From the NCBI GenBank assembly GCA_965208905.1, contig OZ242365.1, positions 1,120,001-1,184,000 on the forward strand: 64,000 nt of DNA, given 5' to 3'. Source of the stretch: Nitrosopumilaceae archaeon. GTDB lineage: Archaea > Thermoproteota > Nitrososphaeria > Nitrososphaerales > Nitrosopumilaceae. Shown here in pieces: positions 50,193-60,448 of the stretch (the first letter of the stretch is position 1; each line of letters opens with the position of its first letter). The notes beneath the pieces are model-generated. The model had not been told where the DNA came from. It ran no database searches and was given only the letters and a program-made list of their open reading frames with translations. Made by a program: the position numbers and the translations under genes.

Positions 50193-50505
50193 CAGAAACG
50201 CCGCAGATTATACAGACGCGAGGCTCTTCTGAATGTAGTGGAATCTGACCACACTCTTTGCACTGTACTAGTTGCAGAGGTGTAAACAGTTTCAGATACA
50301 TGGTAGTAAAATTTTGAGCGATATTTCGAACTACTCCTGCCCTGCACAAGTTTTGAAAGTCGTCTTCCACATCATCTACTGAGCATGCTGCTTCAACCAT
50401 GTCATCTTTTATCATGATGTCTAAAACTTGATCGTTGGTAAACGTCAGATCAGGATCATTAAAGTGTTTATATATCACGTGCCGTATGGCCAGCGAAGCA
50501 TCCAT
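50182..50505 (-). CDS. hypothetical protein with C-terminal Zn ribbon
   Basis: CKEC...CIIC; coupled to the suf operon. Confidence 0.7.
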   Translation of the reverse strand: MDASLAIRHVIYKHFNDPDLTFTNDQVLDIMIKDDMVEAACSVDDVEDDFQNLCRAGVVRNIAQNFTTMYLKLFTPLQLVQCKECGQIPLHSEEPRVCIICGVSVTQ

Positions 50506-50939
50506 CAGTATAATCCTGCAGCTTCTTCTTTGAGTGACTCTACAGAATCATGATTATGTTTGGCTAGATACGTATACAGAGCAAACTTTAACGTTTTTAG
50601 TGGTAGCAAGGCACACTTTATCCTGACGGCCTGTAGATGTTCAAGTCCCAACTCGCCAAGTAAATCATGTTTTGATATGTCACGCGCCTCATCTAGACTC
50701 TTACCCTTTGTAATCTCTGTTAGTACAGACGAGCAGGCCATACATATGGCGCACCCCTTGCCATGAAATTTGATGTCTGATATTTTGGAGTCGTCTATCT
50801 TTAGATCTATATCTACACTGTCGCCGCAGAGTGGATTGGCATCATGATGCGTTGCATCCGGATTATCCATCTTGCCAAAGTTTACAGGATTTCGAGAATA
50901 GTCTATAATCATCTCATGATATATGTCTCGACTACTCAA
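50505..50939 (-). CDS. sufU: Fe-S scaffold SufU/IscU-like
   Basis: NPLCGD, GCAIC and RIKCALL motifs. Confidence 0.9.
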   Translation of the reverse strand: MSSRDIYHEMIIDYSRNPVNFGKMDNPDATHHDANPLCGDSVDIDLKIDDSKISDIKFHGKGCAICMACSSVLTEITKGKSLDEARDISKHDLLGELGLEHLQAVRIKCALLPLKTLKFALYTYLAKHNHDSVESLKEEAAGLY

Positions 50940-52170
50940 GTTTGAACACCCTTGCTACCTTTTGTAGTGCGTCAATTAGTACATCTATCTCATCGGTGGT
51001 GTTGTATATGTAGAAACTGGCTCGGGAAGTGGCGGCCACATCTAACTCTTCCATCAATACCTGAGCGCAATGGTGTCCTGATCTGATGGCTACTCCCTCC
51101 TCATCCATTATGTGTGCTACATCATGAGGATGTACATCTGCAAAGTTGAATGATATGACTCCTCCCCGTTCTTTTATATCTGTAGGACCGTATATGGTAA
51201 TTCCTGGAATTTTGCGCATACGATTTAGTGCGTAGGATGTAAGCTCCATCTCATGCATTCTTACATTGTCCATACCTATGCCTTCAAGATAGTCCACGGC
51301 CGCACCTAACCCTATTACATCTGCTATGTTGGGAGTTCCTGCTTCAAATTTATACGGCAAGTCATTCCATGTGGACTCTTGCTTGTGGACCTCACGAATC
51401 ATATCTCCGCCCCCATGGAACGGACTCATCTTCTCCAACATATTGTGACTTGCATATAAAACACCTACTCCAGTAGGTCCCATCATTTTGTGTCCACTAA
51501 ATGTAAAAAAGTCACACCCAAGCGAACTCACATCCACTCTCATGTGTGGTACTGCCTGTGCCGCATCAACTAGCGTGTGTATGCCTGCCTCCTTACATTT
51601 GGACATTATTGCAGGAGCGTCTGTAATTGTGCCCAAAACGTTGGACATCAAACTAAATGTTACCATCTTTACATTGCCTTCTGCTATGTAGTCGTCTAAC
51701 TTATCTAATATGAGTCGACCTTGGTCATCTATGGGTATGTACTTTAGTGTGGCGCCTTTCTCTTTGCACAGTAGCTGCCATGGCACTATATTGGAGTGGT
51801 GTTCATACTCTGTAGTTACAATGGTGTCTCCTTTAGCGATGTTGGGCCGACCCCATGCGTACGCCACTAGGTTGATCCCCTCAGTTGTACCTCTTACAAA
51901 TATTACCTGCCTTCTGTCTTGTATGTTTAAGAATCTGGCAATGCGGTCCCTAACTGACTCGTACTTTTCAGTTGCTTCTTCGGCCAAAGCGTATACGGCT
52001 CTGTGTATATTGGCGTTGTAACCTTTATAGTAATTTGAGATGGCATCCACCACATAGTTTGGCTTTTGAGTCGTGGCCGCATTGTCTAGGTATACTAGCG
52101 GCTTGCCATCTCGAACAGTTCTGGCTAGTATGGGGAAATCCTTTCGTATATTAAGCAGACTGATTTGCAT
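50932..52170 (-). CDS. sufS: cysteine desulfurase
   Basis: YLDNAATTQKP, SGHKM and RSGHHCA motifs. Confidence 0.95.
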   Translation of the reverse strand: MQISLLNIRKDFPILARTVRDGKPLVYLDNAATTQKPNYVVDAISNYYKGYNANIHRAVYALAEEATEKYESVRDRIARFLNIQDRRQVIFVRGTTEGINLVAYAWGRPNIAKGDTIVTTEYEHHSNIVPWQLLCKEKGATLKYIPIDDQGRLILDKLDDYIAEGNVKMVTFSLMSNVLGTITDAPAIMSKCKEAGIHTLVDAAQAVPHMRVDVSSLGCDFFTFSGHKMMGPTGVGVLYASHNMLEKMSPFHGGGDMIREVHKQESTWNDLPYKFEAGTPNIADVIGLGAAVDYLEGIGMDNVRMHEMELTSYALNRMRKIPGITIYGPTDIKERGGVISFNFADVHPHDVAHIMDEEGVAIRSGHHCAQVLMEELDVAATSRASFYIYNTTDEIDVLIDALQKVARVFKLE

Positions 52171-52472
52171 TATACCTCCACATATACCTCCCCATACTCT
52201 ATTTTAACGTTAAATACTGATATTGGCTCTATAGCTGGAGGGTTTAAAGGCTCACCCGTATTCACATCAAAGACAGATAGATGCAGGGGGCAACGTACGC
52301 CATCTGGTGAGACAAAACCACAACTAAGGTCCGCATCTTCGTGTGTGCATATACGATCTGTAACGGATATAGTATCTGATATGCGACATACCATCAACTG
52401 ACGACCTGCAATGTCCTTTGCTAGAACACTGTTGTCACTAATCTCATCTTGGTTACATATCTTTTCCCACAT
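52170..52472 (-). CDS. Rieske-type ferredoxin
   Basis: CTH...CPLH motif. Confidence 0.88.
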   Translation of the reverse strand: MWEKICNQDEISDNSVLAKDIAGRQLMVCRISDTISVTDRICTHEDADLSCGFVSPDGVRCPLHLSVFDVNTGEPLNPPAIEPISVFNVKIEYGEVYVEV

Positions 52473-52473
52473 G

Positions 52474-53865
52474 TCATCTCCTATACTTGTAATGTTGTTC
52501 GATTTCGGCATTTTCATTGTAGCGGACCTCTTCCACCTCTACAAACTTTCTCAACTCCTCATCGGTGTTTATGGATAAGCTGCGACCCTTCCATTTTGAC
52601 TCTATAAGATGAGAAATCCAAGCACGAATTTGTGTGGACATACGACGAGATAGTGGCTCTAAGAACCCCTCCACAATAACCCTCTCGGCGCCCTCACGAC
52701 TCAAACATCTGGACATTAGATAGAATATTTGTTCTTCATCTATCTGGGCCACAGATGCAGAGTGGGTGGCCTTCACATCGTTGGTCAGTATCTCTAGGCC
52801 AGGTATGGCGTCCGACTTGGCATCACGACTAAGTAATATTGATCTGCCTGACAGATACGAATTCGACTTTGTTGCATCCGGATTTATTCTTATCATCCCC
52901 TTGAATAAAGACCGAGACTTGTCTCGCAGTATGGATTTTTCGGTAATACGACCTTCCGTATGTGGCTGGCTGTGTATCATCTCCGACTGTATGTCAAATG
53001 ACTGAGAACTATTGCCAAATACAACTTCTGAGTCATTGGCAGAGGCACCACTGCCGTTTAGATGATGCGCTACTCTGTATCTGGATAATTGTGATCCAAA
53101 CAGTCCTAAATACGAATTTGTTTTGGAGTCCCGTGCCAACTCAGTTCTCCGCGTAGAAAAATTGTATGACTCTAGATTCATCATCTGTAATGTGGTGATA
53201 TCCATCTGGGTACCTTCACCTATTATGCAGTTTAGAAGTTCTAGATATGCTTGATTGGTGTCGCCCCCGTATAACTCCTGTACTACCTTGACATCACTGT
53301 TCGCCCCTGTTGATATGACATTTCGTGATATTACTGATATGCCATCATCAGTAAGTGCCGATACTATATGGATTGGTTCTGATATTATTGTGTTGTCTGG
53401 TATATGAACAAAAACACCTGTATTGAAGGCCGCATTATTCAAAGCAGTGAACCTATCTTCGGACGATGATGATGATTTTAAAGCTGACTGGAGGATCTCT
53501 GAATACTTTGATACTGCTTCTGATATGGGTAATATGGTAACTCCTTTTGATAACATATCTTCGGTCAGTTGTACTTGTACCTGAGTGCCGGTCTGCAACG
53601 CATACGACTCTGTCTTTAAATCTTCAAGACGCCGTACTAGTATGGGCGGCCTGCCTTCATTTGTATCGTTTGATACGGATATATCTTGAGGGTTCATCTT
53701 TGCCGCATCTGTATATTTGTTGTACAACGGTGATGTTTCCAACGGCAGATTGTCGTATGTGGCAAGAGAGTCTTGACGGTACTTGCGCAACCACTGAGGC
53801 TCGTTTGATAGGGCTGATATTGATTTTATATGTTGCACATCCAGCAGCGATAACGATTTTGTCAT
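52474..53865 (-). CDS. sufD: Fe-S assembly protein SufD
   Basis: PGLEILTNDVKATHSAS and FYLMSR motifs. Confidence 0.9.
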   Translation of the reverse strand: MTKSLSLLDVQHIKSISALSNEPQWLRKYRQDSLATYDNLPLETSPLYNKYTDAAKMNPQDISVSNDTNEGRPPILVRRLEDLKTESYALQTGTQVQVQLTEDMLSKGVTILPISEAVSKYSEILQSALKSSSSSEDRFTALNNAAFNTGVFVHIPDNTIISEPIHIVSALTDDGISVISRNVISTGANSDVKVVQELYGGDTNQAYLELLNCIIGEGTQMDITTLQMMNLESYNFSTRRTELARDSKTNSYLGLFGSQLSRYRVAHHLNGSGASANDSEVVFGNSSQSFDIQSEMIHSQPHTEGRITEKSILRDKSRSLFKGMIRINPDATKSNSYLSGRSILLSRDAKSDAIPGLEILTNDVKATHSASVAQIDEEQIFYLMSRCLSREGAERVIVEGFLEPLSRRMSTQIRAWISHLIESKWKGRSLSINTDEELRKFVEVEEVRYNENAEIEQHYKYRR

Positions 53866-53871
53866 GTAGGC

Positions 53872-55272
53872 CTAGCCCACCGCGTCATCCATCTCTAGTT
53901 TTATCAGACGATTTAATTCTACGGCATATTCCATAGGGAGTTCTTTTGTGAACGGCTCCATGAATCCATTTACTATAAGTGATAATGCATCCTCTTCACT
54001 AAATCCTCGTGTCATTAGATAGAATATCTGCTCATCTCCAATCTTACCGACCGTGGCCTCATGTGTGATGGTGGCATCGTTTTCATTTATCTCCATGTAT
54101 GGGTAGGTATCTGTCTTTGATGTGTCATCTAAAAGGAGCGCATCACAACGTACGGTGGACTTGACACCAGTGGCTCCACGAGCTACATTGAGTAGTCCCC
54201 TGTATGTTGCGCGACCATCTAAACGACTTACCGACTTTGATGTTATCTTGGAGGTGGTATTGGGTGCTAAATGAACCATCTTTGCACCTGTATCCTGATG
54301 TTGGCCTTTACCTGCAAAGGCTATGGATAGCGTCTCACCATATGCACGCTCGCCTAGCATGTATACTCCAGGATACTTCATAGTTATCTTACTACCTATA
54401 TTACCATCAATCCACTCTACGGTGGCACCATCATACGCATATGCGCGTTTTGTCACCAAATTATACACGTCGTTGCTCCAGTTTTGTATTGTGGTGTAAC
54501 GCAGACGGGCATCTTTAAGCGCCACCAACTCTACCACTGCTGAGTGTAATGACTCAGATGAGTATACTGGCGCAGTACACCCTTCAATGTAATGCACTTC
54601 GGCACCCTCATCCACTATAATTAATGTTCTCTCAAACTGTCCTATATTCTCCGCATTAATTCTAAAGTATGCTTGGAGGGGCATGTCGACCTTTACGCCT
54701 GGAGGCACATATATGAAAGACCCACCACTCCATACTGCACTGTTTAGAGCAGCAAACTTGTTGTCCTCTGGGGGAATAATCTTGCCAAAGTACTTTCTAA
54801 ATATATCTGGTTTCTCTTTTAGGGCAGTGTCTGTGTCTAGAAATATTACTCCCTGCTTCTCTAAATCTTCGCGCAGATTGTGGTATACCACCTCGGATTC
54901 GTACTGTGCACCCACGCCCGCCAAAAACTTCTTCTCGGCTTCGGGTATGCCCAACTTGTCGAATGTATTCTTTACATCTTCGGGTACGTCATCCCAATTT
55001 TTTTCTGTCTTATCAGCAGCCTTTGCATAGTAGTATATGTTTTGAAAGTCTATACTTGAGAGATCTGCTCCCCAACTTGGCATTGACTTCTTCATGAATA
55101 TATCAAAGGATCTCAATCTAAAATCTAACATCCACTGTGGCTCTTCCTTCATCTTGCTGATTCCTATTACGGTATCTCGCGACAATCCCCTCTTGCTTAG
55201 ATGTACATACATCTCGGTGGAGTCTTTAAAGTCATACTTCGAATAATCCATCTCAAAGTTTTCAGTAGCCAT
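53872..55272 (-). CDS. sufB: Fe-S assembly protein SufB
   Basis: [17 protein letters not shown] and ELPMEYAVE motifs. Confidence 0.96.
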   Translation of the reverse strand: MATENFEMDYSKYDFKDSTEMYVHLSKRGLSRDTVIGISKMKEEPQWMLDFRLRSFDIFMKKSMPSWGADLSSIDFQNIYYYAKAADKTEKNWDDVPEDVKNTFDKLGIPEAEKKFLAGVGAQYESEVVYHNLREDLEKQGVIFLDTDTALKEKPDIFRKYFGKIIPPEDNKFAALNSAVWSGGSFIYVPPGVKVDMPLQAYFRINAENIGQFERTLIIVDEGAEVHYIEGCTAPVYSSESLHSAVVELVALKDARLRYTTIQNWSNDVYNLVTKRAYAYDGATVEWIDGNIGSKITMKYPGVYMLGERAYGETLSIAFAGKGQHQDTGAKMVHLAPNTTSKITSKSVSRLDGRATYRGLLNVARGATGVKSTVRCDALLLDDTSKTDTYPYMEINENDATITHEATVGKIGDEQIFYLMTRGFSEEDALSLIVNGFMEPFTKELPMEYAVELNRLIKLEMDDAVG

Positions 55273-55371
55273 ACTCTTTGATACCACATACCATAATAAA
55301 AATACTAGCAAAAATAGGTTTAGCTAAATATATTATGAAACTATTTTTATAGCGAAAAACATATCTATTAT

Positions 55372-56691
55372 ATGCAGAGTTTTTTTCTTCAAGAATCTAA
55401 TTTTGGTAATACCGTATCTCAAACTGCTACACGCATAATGAATGAGCTCACCCCCGAACTACCTCATTCAGACTTTATTACAGATATGGCTTTTATTATG
55501 ATTGTTGGCGCCATAGTGACCCTCGCATTCTTCAAGATAAATCAACCTATCATTATTGGGTACCTGTTTGCCGGAATGCTTTTGGGACCCATATCGCCAC
55601 TGTGGACTTTGATATTTCAAGAGTTTGGTGTGTCATGGACACTGAGTGAGGGCGGTAGTATTCTAGGTGATCTCACTACATTACACATCTTTGCGGATAT
55701 AGGTGTTATACTATTACTGTTTGTTATAGGAATTGAGTTTCCATATGCAAAGATTCGTCGTATAGGTGGTGTGGCTATAGGGGCAGGTTCCATTGGGCTG
55801 TTCTCTGCATTAGGGGCGGTCTTTTATGTGGCCAGCGCCTTGGGTCTGAGTTTTATGGACTCTTTGTTTATTGCTGCGGCATTGTCGATATCAAGTACCG
55901 CCGTAATAGTAAAGATGCTGGAAGATATGGGTCGTATAGAAAACAAATCTTCGCTGATGATCTTGGGTATTCTAATCGTTGAGGATGTCATAGCAGTTAT
56001 ACTAATATCAACACTCCAGTCAGTGGGACTGGCCGGAACAATATCTGTCGAAGGGCTGATTGTGGTGGTTGTAGTAGGTGTGGGTTTGATTGTGGGTACC
56101 TTTACGATAGGTATGCGCATAATCCCATCACTCATAGACCGCGTGGCATCCACTGAACATCGTGAGATACTGTTACTGTCCGTGTTGGGACTATGCTTTG
56201 GCTATGCTCTACTGGCTAATATGGTAGGCCTGTCTGTTGCTATAGGTGCGTTTCTAGCTGGCGTGTTGGTGGCCGAGTCAAAATCTGCCAACGTATCCAA
56301 GATATTGACACGTCCGATCAAAGATATGTTTGTGGCAATATTCTTCATCTCGACAGGGGCCCTTATGGACATGTCACAACTAGGTGACTACATATGGTTG
56401 ATTGCAGCTTTGATCGGTGTGGCTACGTTTATGAAGTTTGGAGGAAGTATTGTTGGAAACCTACTATTCAAACAGAGTCGTTCATCATCCATACGTGTGT
56501 CTACTGCACTTGCCGCACCCAGAGGTGAGTTTTCAATTGTCATAGTAAAGGCGGGTGTGGAGATTGGTGCTGCAAGTGCATTTTTGTTCCCATTGATTGG
56601 TGTCATATCTATAATTACATCATTCATGACACCATTTGTCATGAAAGCCGGAGATAAGGTTGTCTCAACAAAAGAGGTTGAAAATGCGTAG
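55372..56691 (+). CDS. Kef/CPA2 cation:proton antiporter
   Basis: SISSTAV, LIVED and PRGEFS motifs. Confidence 0.9.
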   Translation: MQSFFLQESNFGNTVSQTATRIMNELTPELPHSDFITDMAFIMIVGAIVTLAFFKINQPIIIGYLFAGMLLGPISPLWTLIFQEFGVSWTLSEGGSILGDLTTLHIFADIGVILLLFVIGIEFPYAKIRRIGGVAIGAGSIGLFSALGAVFYVASALGLSFMDSLFIAAALSISSTAVIVKMLEDMGRIENKSSLMILGILIVEDVIAVILISTLQSVGLAGTISVEGLIVVVVVGVGLIVGTFTIGMRIIPSLIDRVASTEHREILLLSVLGLCFGYALLANMVGLSVAIGAFLAGVLVAESKSANVSKILTRPIKDMFVAIFFISTGALMDMSQLGDYIWLIAALIGVATFMKFGGSIVGNLLFKQSRSSSIRVSTALAAPRGEFSIVIVKAGVEIGAASAFLFPLIGVISIITSFMTPFVMKAGDKVVSTKEVENA

Positions 56692-57151
56692 GTGGTTTGG
56701 GGGTTTACGTAAAAAGAACGACCCACATAATCTTGCTCTGGAGGAGTTGTTGAGTTTGGCACATGATGATGTTGGCTCTTTTGATATGGATGGCATTCCC
56801 ATATCACTTATAACATTTGATAGAGATAGGTTCGCCAAGACGATGGGGTGGTATGAAGAGTCTGGCTCCATGTCCTCAAGTATAGATACCAATTTGAATA
56901 TACTCTCTGATGGATTGGGGCATACATTTGTATGGCTATACCTGTCCTTTAGAAATGGCAAGACTGAACGTATACTGATTGATGCCAGCAAGCATTTGTC
57001 ATTCTTTGAGATATTGGCAGAATCAGGAATATTGGCCATCCATACAGATGGCGACCCTACATTACAAGACAAAATGATGACGATCCAGATTCCACAAAGA
57101 CAGAGGGCTGAAGACGCCTTGGAGCTAATAAAAAAAGGACTGCAGTTATAA
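56684..57151 (+). CDS. hypothetical protein
   Basis: ORF overlapping the antiporter stop and ending at tRNA-Gly. Confidence 0.65.
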   Translation: MRRWFGGLRKKNDPHNLALEELLSLAHDDVGSFDMDGIPISLITFDRDRFAKTMGWYEESGSMSSSIDTNLNILSDGLGHTFVWLYLSFRNGKTERILIDASKHLSFFEILAESGILAIHTDGDPTLQDKMMTIQIPQRQRAEDALELIKKGLQL

Positions 57152-57225
57152 TGCAGTCGCCGGGATTTGAACCCGGGCCGCGAACTTGGCAAGCTCGCAT
57201 AATAACCAAACTATACTACGACTGC
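57152..57225 (-). tRNA. tRNA-Gly(GCC)
   Basis: Reverse complement gives GCAGTCG...CGAGC-TT-GCC-AA-GTTCG...GGTTCAAATCC...CGACTGCA. Confidence 0.95.
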
Positions 57226-57282
57226 TCTGACTTCATGCGGGGAATGGGGTATAATTGTTTTTAGTGTCCATATTATGATGTA

Positions 57283-57537
57283 ATGTATATGAATCCTATA
57301 CTGTACGAAAAGATGTCTCAAAAGGTCAAAGAGATCACTGAACAAGTATCGCAGATGCGCGTGCTTGCAGAGATGCTGGGCTATGATCCCACCGAAGAAT
57401 TCATACGCGGAATGATAACAGGCAGGTTATATAACTCGTTTATATATCAAAGTCGAAGACTACAAAAACGCAATCCCACCAACGATGAAATGGACGAGTT
57501 TTCTGATCTGATCAAATCCGTTTGGCGTATATACTAA
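57283..57537 (+). CDS. conserved hypothetical protein
   Basis: GRLYNSFIYQSRR...RNPT, recalled as a thaumarchaeal small-protein family. Confidence 0.7.
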   Translation: MYMNPILYEKMSQKVKEITEQVSQMRVLAEMLGYDPTEEFIRGMITGRLYNSFIYQSRRLQKRNPTNDEMDEFSDLIKSVWRIY

Positions 57538-57691
57538 AAAGTACTTCTACAAGGATAAAACATCATACATCACACACTAACCCATAATCTAGTGGGATGT
57601 TGTTGCTATGTCTTTAGACAAAAATGTCTAAGAGCTAACTCTGATTTTTTCATAACTAAACGCTGCTGGAGGGACCTGTGAAGATAATACG

Positions 57692-58189
57692 CTATGGTTT
57701 TAGCGGCACAACACGAATAGTGGGAGTACCTGGTAATTTTACACAGGCATTCTTGAGTGCTCTTTTGGCAGCCTCAATGTGAGGTTCATTTACATGCATC
57801 TCCATGATTATCTGGCCTCGCTTTACCCGAGCTGCTAGGCTTACCGCCTTGCCCCAGGCGCGTCGCATTCCTTCTTGAAGCCTGTCGGCACCTGCAGTAG
57901 CAATCATCTTGTTCTCCCGTAGTAGATTGTGTGGATATATGCGTAGTCTGGAGAAGTAGGCCGATTCGCCAGTGGTCTTCTCTAGAGCCTTATTTGCAGT
58001 AAGACGGCATGCCTCAATGGCCATATGTCGGATTTGGACCTTCTCATTTATGAGCAATTGTACCGAGTACTTGTAGTCGCCCCGTTTGCCACCATGGAAT
58101 TTGGCTATCTTGGGCTGCGGCTTTCCCTTGATGTACTCCTTGCGTGTGAAAGGCTGCCCTGACCACTTTCTATAGTTAGCACCATGCAT
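57692..58189 (-). CDS. rpl10e: 50S ribosomal protein uL16 (L10e)
   Basis: RENKMIATAGADRLQEGMRRAWGK motif. Confidence 0.95.
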   Translation of the reverse strand: MHGANYRKWSGQPFTRKEYIKGKPQPKIAKFHGGKRGDYKYSVQLLINEKVQIRHMAIEACRLTANKALEKTTGESAYFSRLRIYPHNLLRENKMIATAGADRLQEGMRRAWGKAVSLAARVKRGQIIMEMHVNEPHIEAAKRALKNACVKLPGTPTIRVVPLKP

Positions 58190-58798
58190 ATCATTTGTAG
58201 CAATATGGGTGTATTTTAATGGTTGGCTGAATCTCTGGGATACTTTTTGTATATGCGCCACAAAATCACTGAACCTACCACTAATGTGACAATCCAGAAT
58301 ATTCGTTCCAATTGAGGATCAATCTCCACATTGGTGGATTGTTATGGTGGTAAATATACCACTCGAATTCTGATCTTGGCAAACCTGCAGTATGTGCCTC
58401 TGTGTTGTCATGATTACTTGCCGTGTAACGTAGCAACAGAATGTACTGAAGCCTACTCCAAAATACACAGTTAGTGGTGAGAATTGATTCTTCAAAAATG
58501 GATACATACTATGTGTTGTCAAAAGCATCTCTGTCTACACATATGTGAGGCTTTCCTGTGAATTGATGGACTATGTGTTATTGGACCTGTCTTGGAGAAC
58601 TGTTGGCAGAGTGTATTATATGATAAAATCATTCTACAGTCAAAAGCCACTACAAGAGTCATAACATATCTGCAGATAATTTGACAGATTTCGTTCTTCA
58701 GAGCCCACCCTATTACATGATGCTAGATCCTAGTCCTTTGGATTATTCTGCATATTTGAAAGAACCTTATAGTGTAATAGTATTTTGACATCGAGAAG

Positions 58799-59335
58799 TT
58801 GGACAGTATTGTAATTCAAGGTGTACTGATGGGAGACTGTATTCGTGTAAGTGATAAATCCTCCGCCCAAAAGTTGAGCCTAGATGGATACGGCGATGAT
58901 GAGGATGGGGGTTATAATCTAAAACCGTTTGAGGCACTATATCTTATGGCCATGAATAAAATGTCGATTACACAGGATGATGTTTTGCTGGGATTTGATG
59001 ACCTGTTAGAGTTTTGTCAAGAAGAGGATCCTGATATACTCTCCAAGTATCTAATATATCGAGATCTGCGCACCCGGGGCTATGTGGCAAAGGACGGGTT
59101 TGGCTTTGGTGTGGACTTTCGTGTGTATGATCGGGGTGACTTTGGAGTAAGGGGTGCACAATTCTTGGTATTTGGTTTGGATCAGGGCGATCGTGAGCGG
59201 GCCGGAAAGTTTTGTGATTCAATAGATGAGATAACAAAGATGGGAAAGGAGCCTGTAGTTGCTGTCATTGAGAGCAGGGGAGAAATAATCTATTACAAAA
59301 CAAACAGGATTACCTTTGAGAATAACAAGCCTTAA
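58799..59335 (+). CDS. endA: tRNA-splicing endonuclease subunit (probably the structural subunit)
   Basis: EALYL and YRDLRTRGY...GFGFGVDFRVY motifs; no catalytic His visible after the Tyr. Confidence 0.8.
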   Translation: MDSIVIQGVLMGDCIRVSDKSSAQKLSLDGYGDDEDGGYNLKPFEALYLMAMNKMSITQDDVLLGFDDLLEFCQEEDPDILSKYLIYRDLRTRGYVAKDGFGFGVDFRVYDRGDFGVRGAQFLVFGLDQGDRERAGKFCDSIDEITKMGKEPVVAVIESRGEIIYYKTNRITFENNKP

Positions 59336-59970
59336 CCATCTATGGCCCACCCAAATGAGTATTTTATTAACCCATTTTCAGATGCATCTGCAAAGTCATA
59401 AACGTCAAACCGCCTTACATTATTCTCCCACAAATCTTGAAAATAACTCTTCTTTCTTTGTAATCTCTTCTCGTCTTCCCATGAAGTAAATACATTCACA
59501 CTCTCGAATTTTTTCCGTCTCTTTAAAAACGATTTTGATATAATTCCATCATACAGTACAACGTTCCCACTATTGTCCTCAAAGAATCCCATCTCCTCCA
59601 ATGTATTATCTGAATCCTCGTCTTCGTGCGGTGTGGCTATACGAATTATTATCTGCTGATTTCGTAACATCTTCTCTACATGGTATAACTCTTTTGATGT
59701 TTGATTTCGTGTTTGGCCCTGGCTTAAAAGTACATTGGATACCATCTCAGAATCTTTAACACGAAATGTACGACCTACGACTATGTTCATAGTAAAGTCT
59801 ATTGGTGCGCCTCCACGCGCACCTATGATTGATGTTAATGTCTCCAAAGAGAAAGAGTTTGTGGATTTAGAAAGCATTGTGCAGTTCTGTATGCATGGAA
59901 TAAAAAAATCCTGTATGATGTCATCAGATTCGCTGTCATATCCTATCTTTAAGTCTAGATTGCGCAGCAT
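59332..59970 (-). CDS. stand-alone PLD-like domain resembling the N-terminus of PLD-helicase fusions
   Basis: YDSESDDIIQDFFIP, GFFEDNSGN, FESVNVFTSW and FQDLWEN motifs. Confidence 0.6.
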   Translation of the reverse strand: MLRNLDLKIGYDSESDDIIQDFFIPCIQNCTMLSKSTNSFSLETLTSIIGARGGAPIDFTMNIVVGRTFRVKDSEMVSNVLLSQGQTRNQTSKELYHVEKMLRNQQIIIRIATPHEDEDSDNTLEEMGFFEDNSGNVVLYDGIISKSFLKRRKKFESVNVFTSWEDEKRLQRKKSYFQDLWENNVRRFDVYDFADASENGLIKYSFGWAIDG

Positions 59971-60448
59971 ACTATGATTATGTAATAAAATGTGATAAAA
60001 ACATATTCACAAAACCCCTGTGTTATGCCACCCTACAGCAACATACTTGTACCAATGGTGATTTATTTAAAGTTGAAAGATAGATCGAGTTTAATCTATA
60101 TGATGCAGTATAAACTATTTTTTTGTATTTTTTTATATGACCTAAATAACCCACACTTATACCAAAATAATTATTTTAAATACAGTTAATTTTATTAATA
60201 ATAATTTATTTACAACTTTAAATTTACAGAATTATGTCATTACTAAGTATGTTAGTATACATATGTCTACACTAGTAACTTATTATTATGATGCTGAGGC
60301 AACAGATTCCTTCTTGAGTCTTGAATATGTGTATGTCTTTGCGTTTGGTTGATATATCCTATAATTTGTAGTAAGCATGTGGATTGCAAAGAGATAATAA
60401 GGAATATTTCACCGAATCGTATTATCTAAGATGGAGTGGATGTGCTAG

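Noticed and set aside
57605-57635. Hairpin TTAGACA-AAAA-TGTCTAA between convergent genes
   Set aside because: A single short stem, at most a terminator-like element; too weak to call.
58262-58798. ~540-bp gap between rpl10e and endA
   Set aside because: No convincing ORF, repeat or fold seen by eye; may be a decayed gene but cannot be supported.
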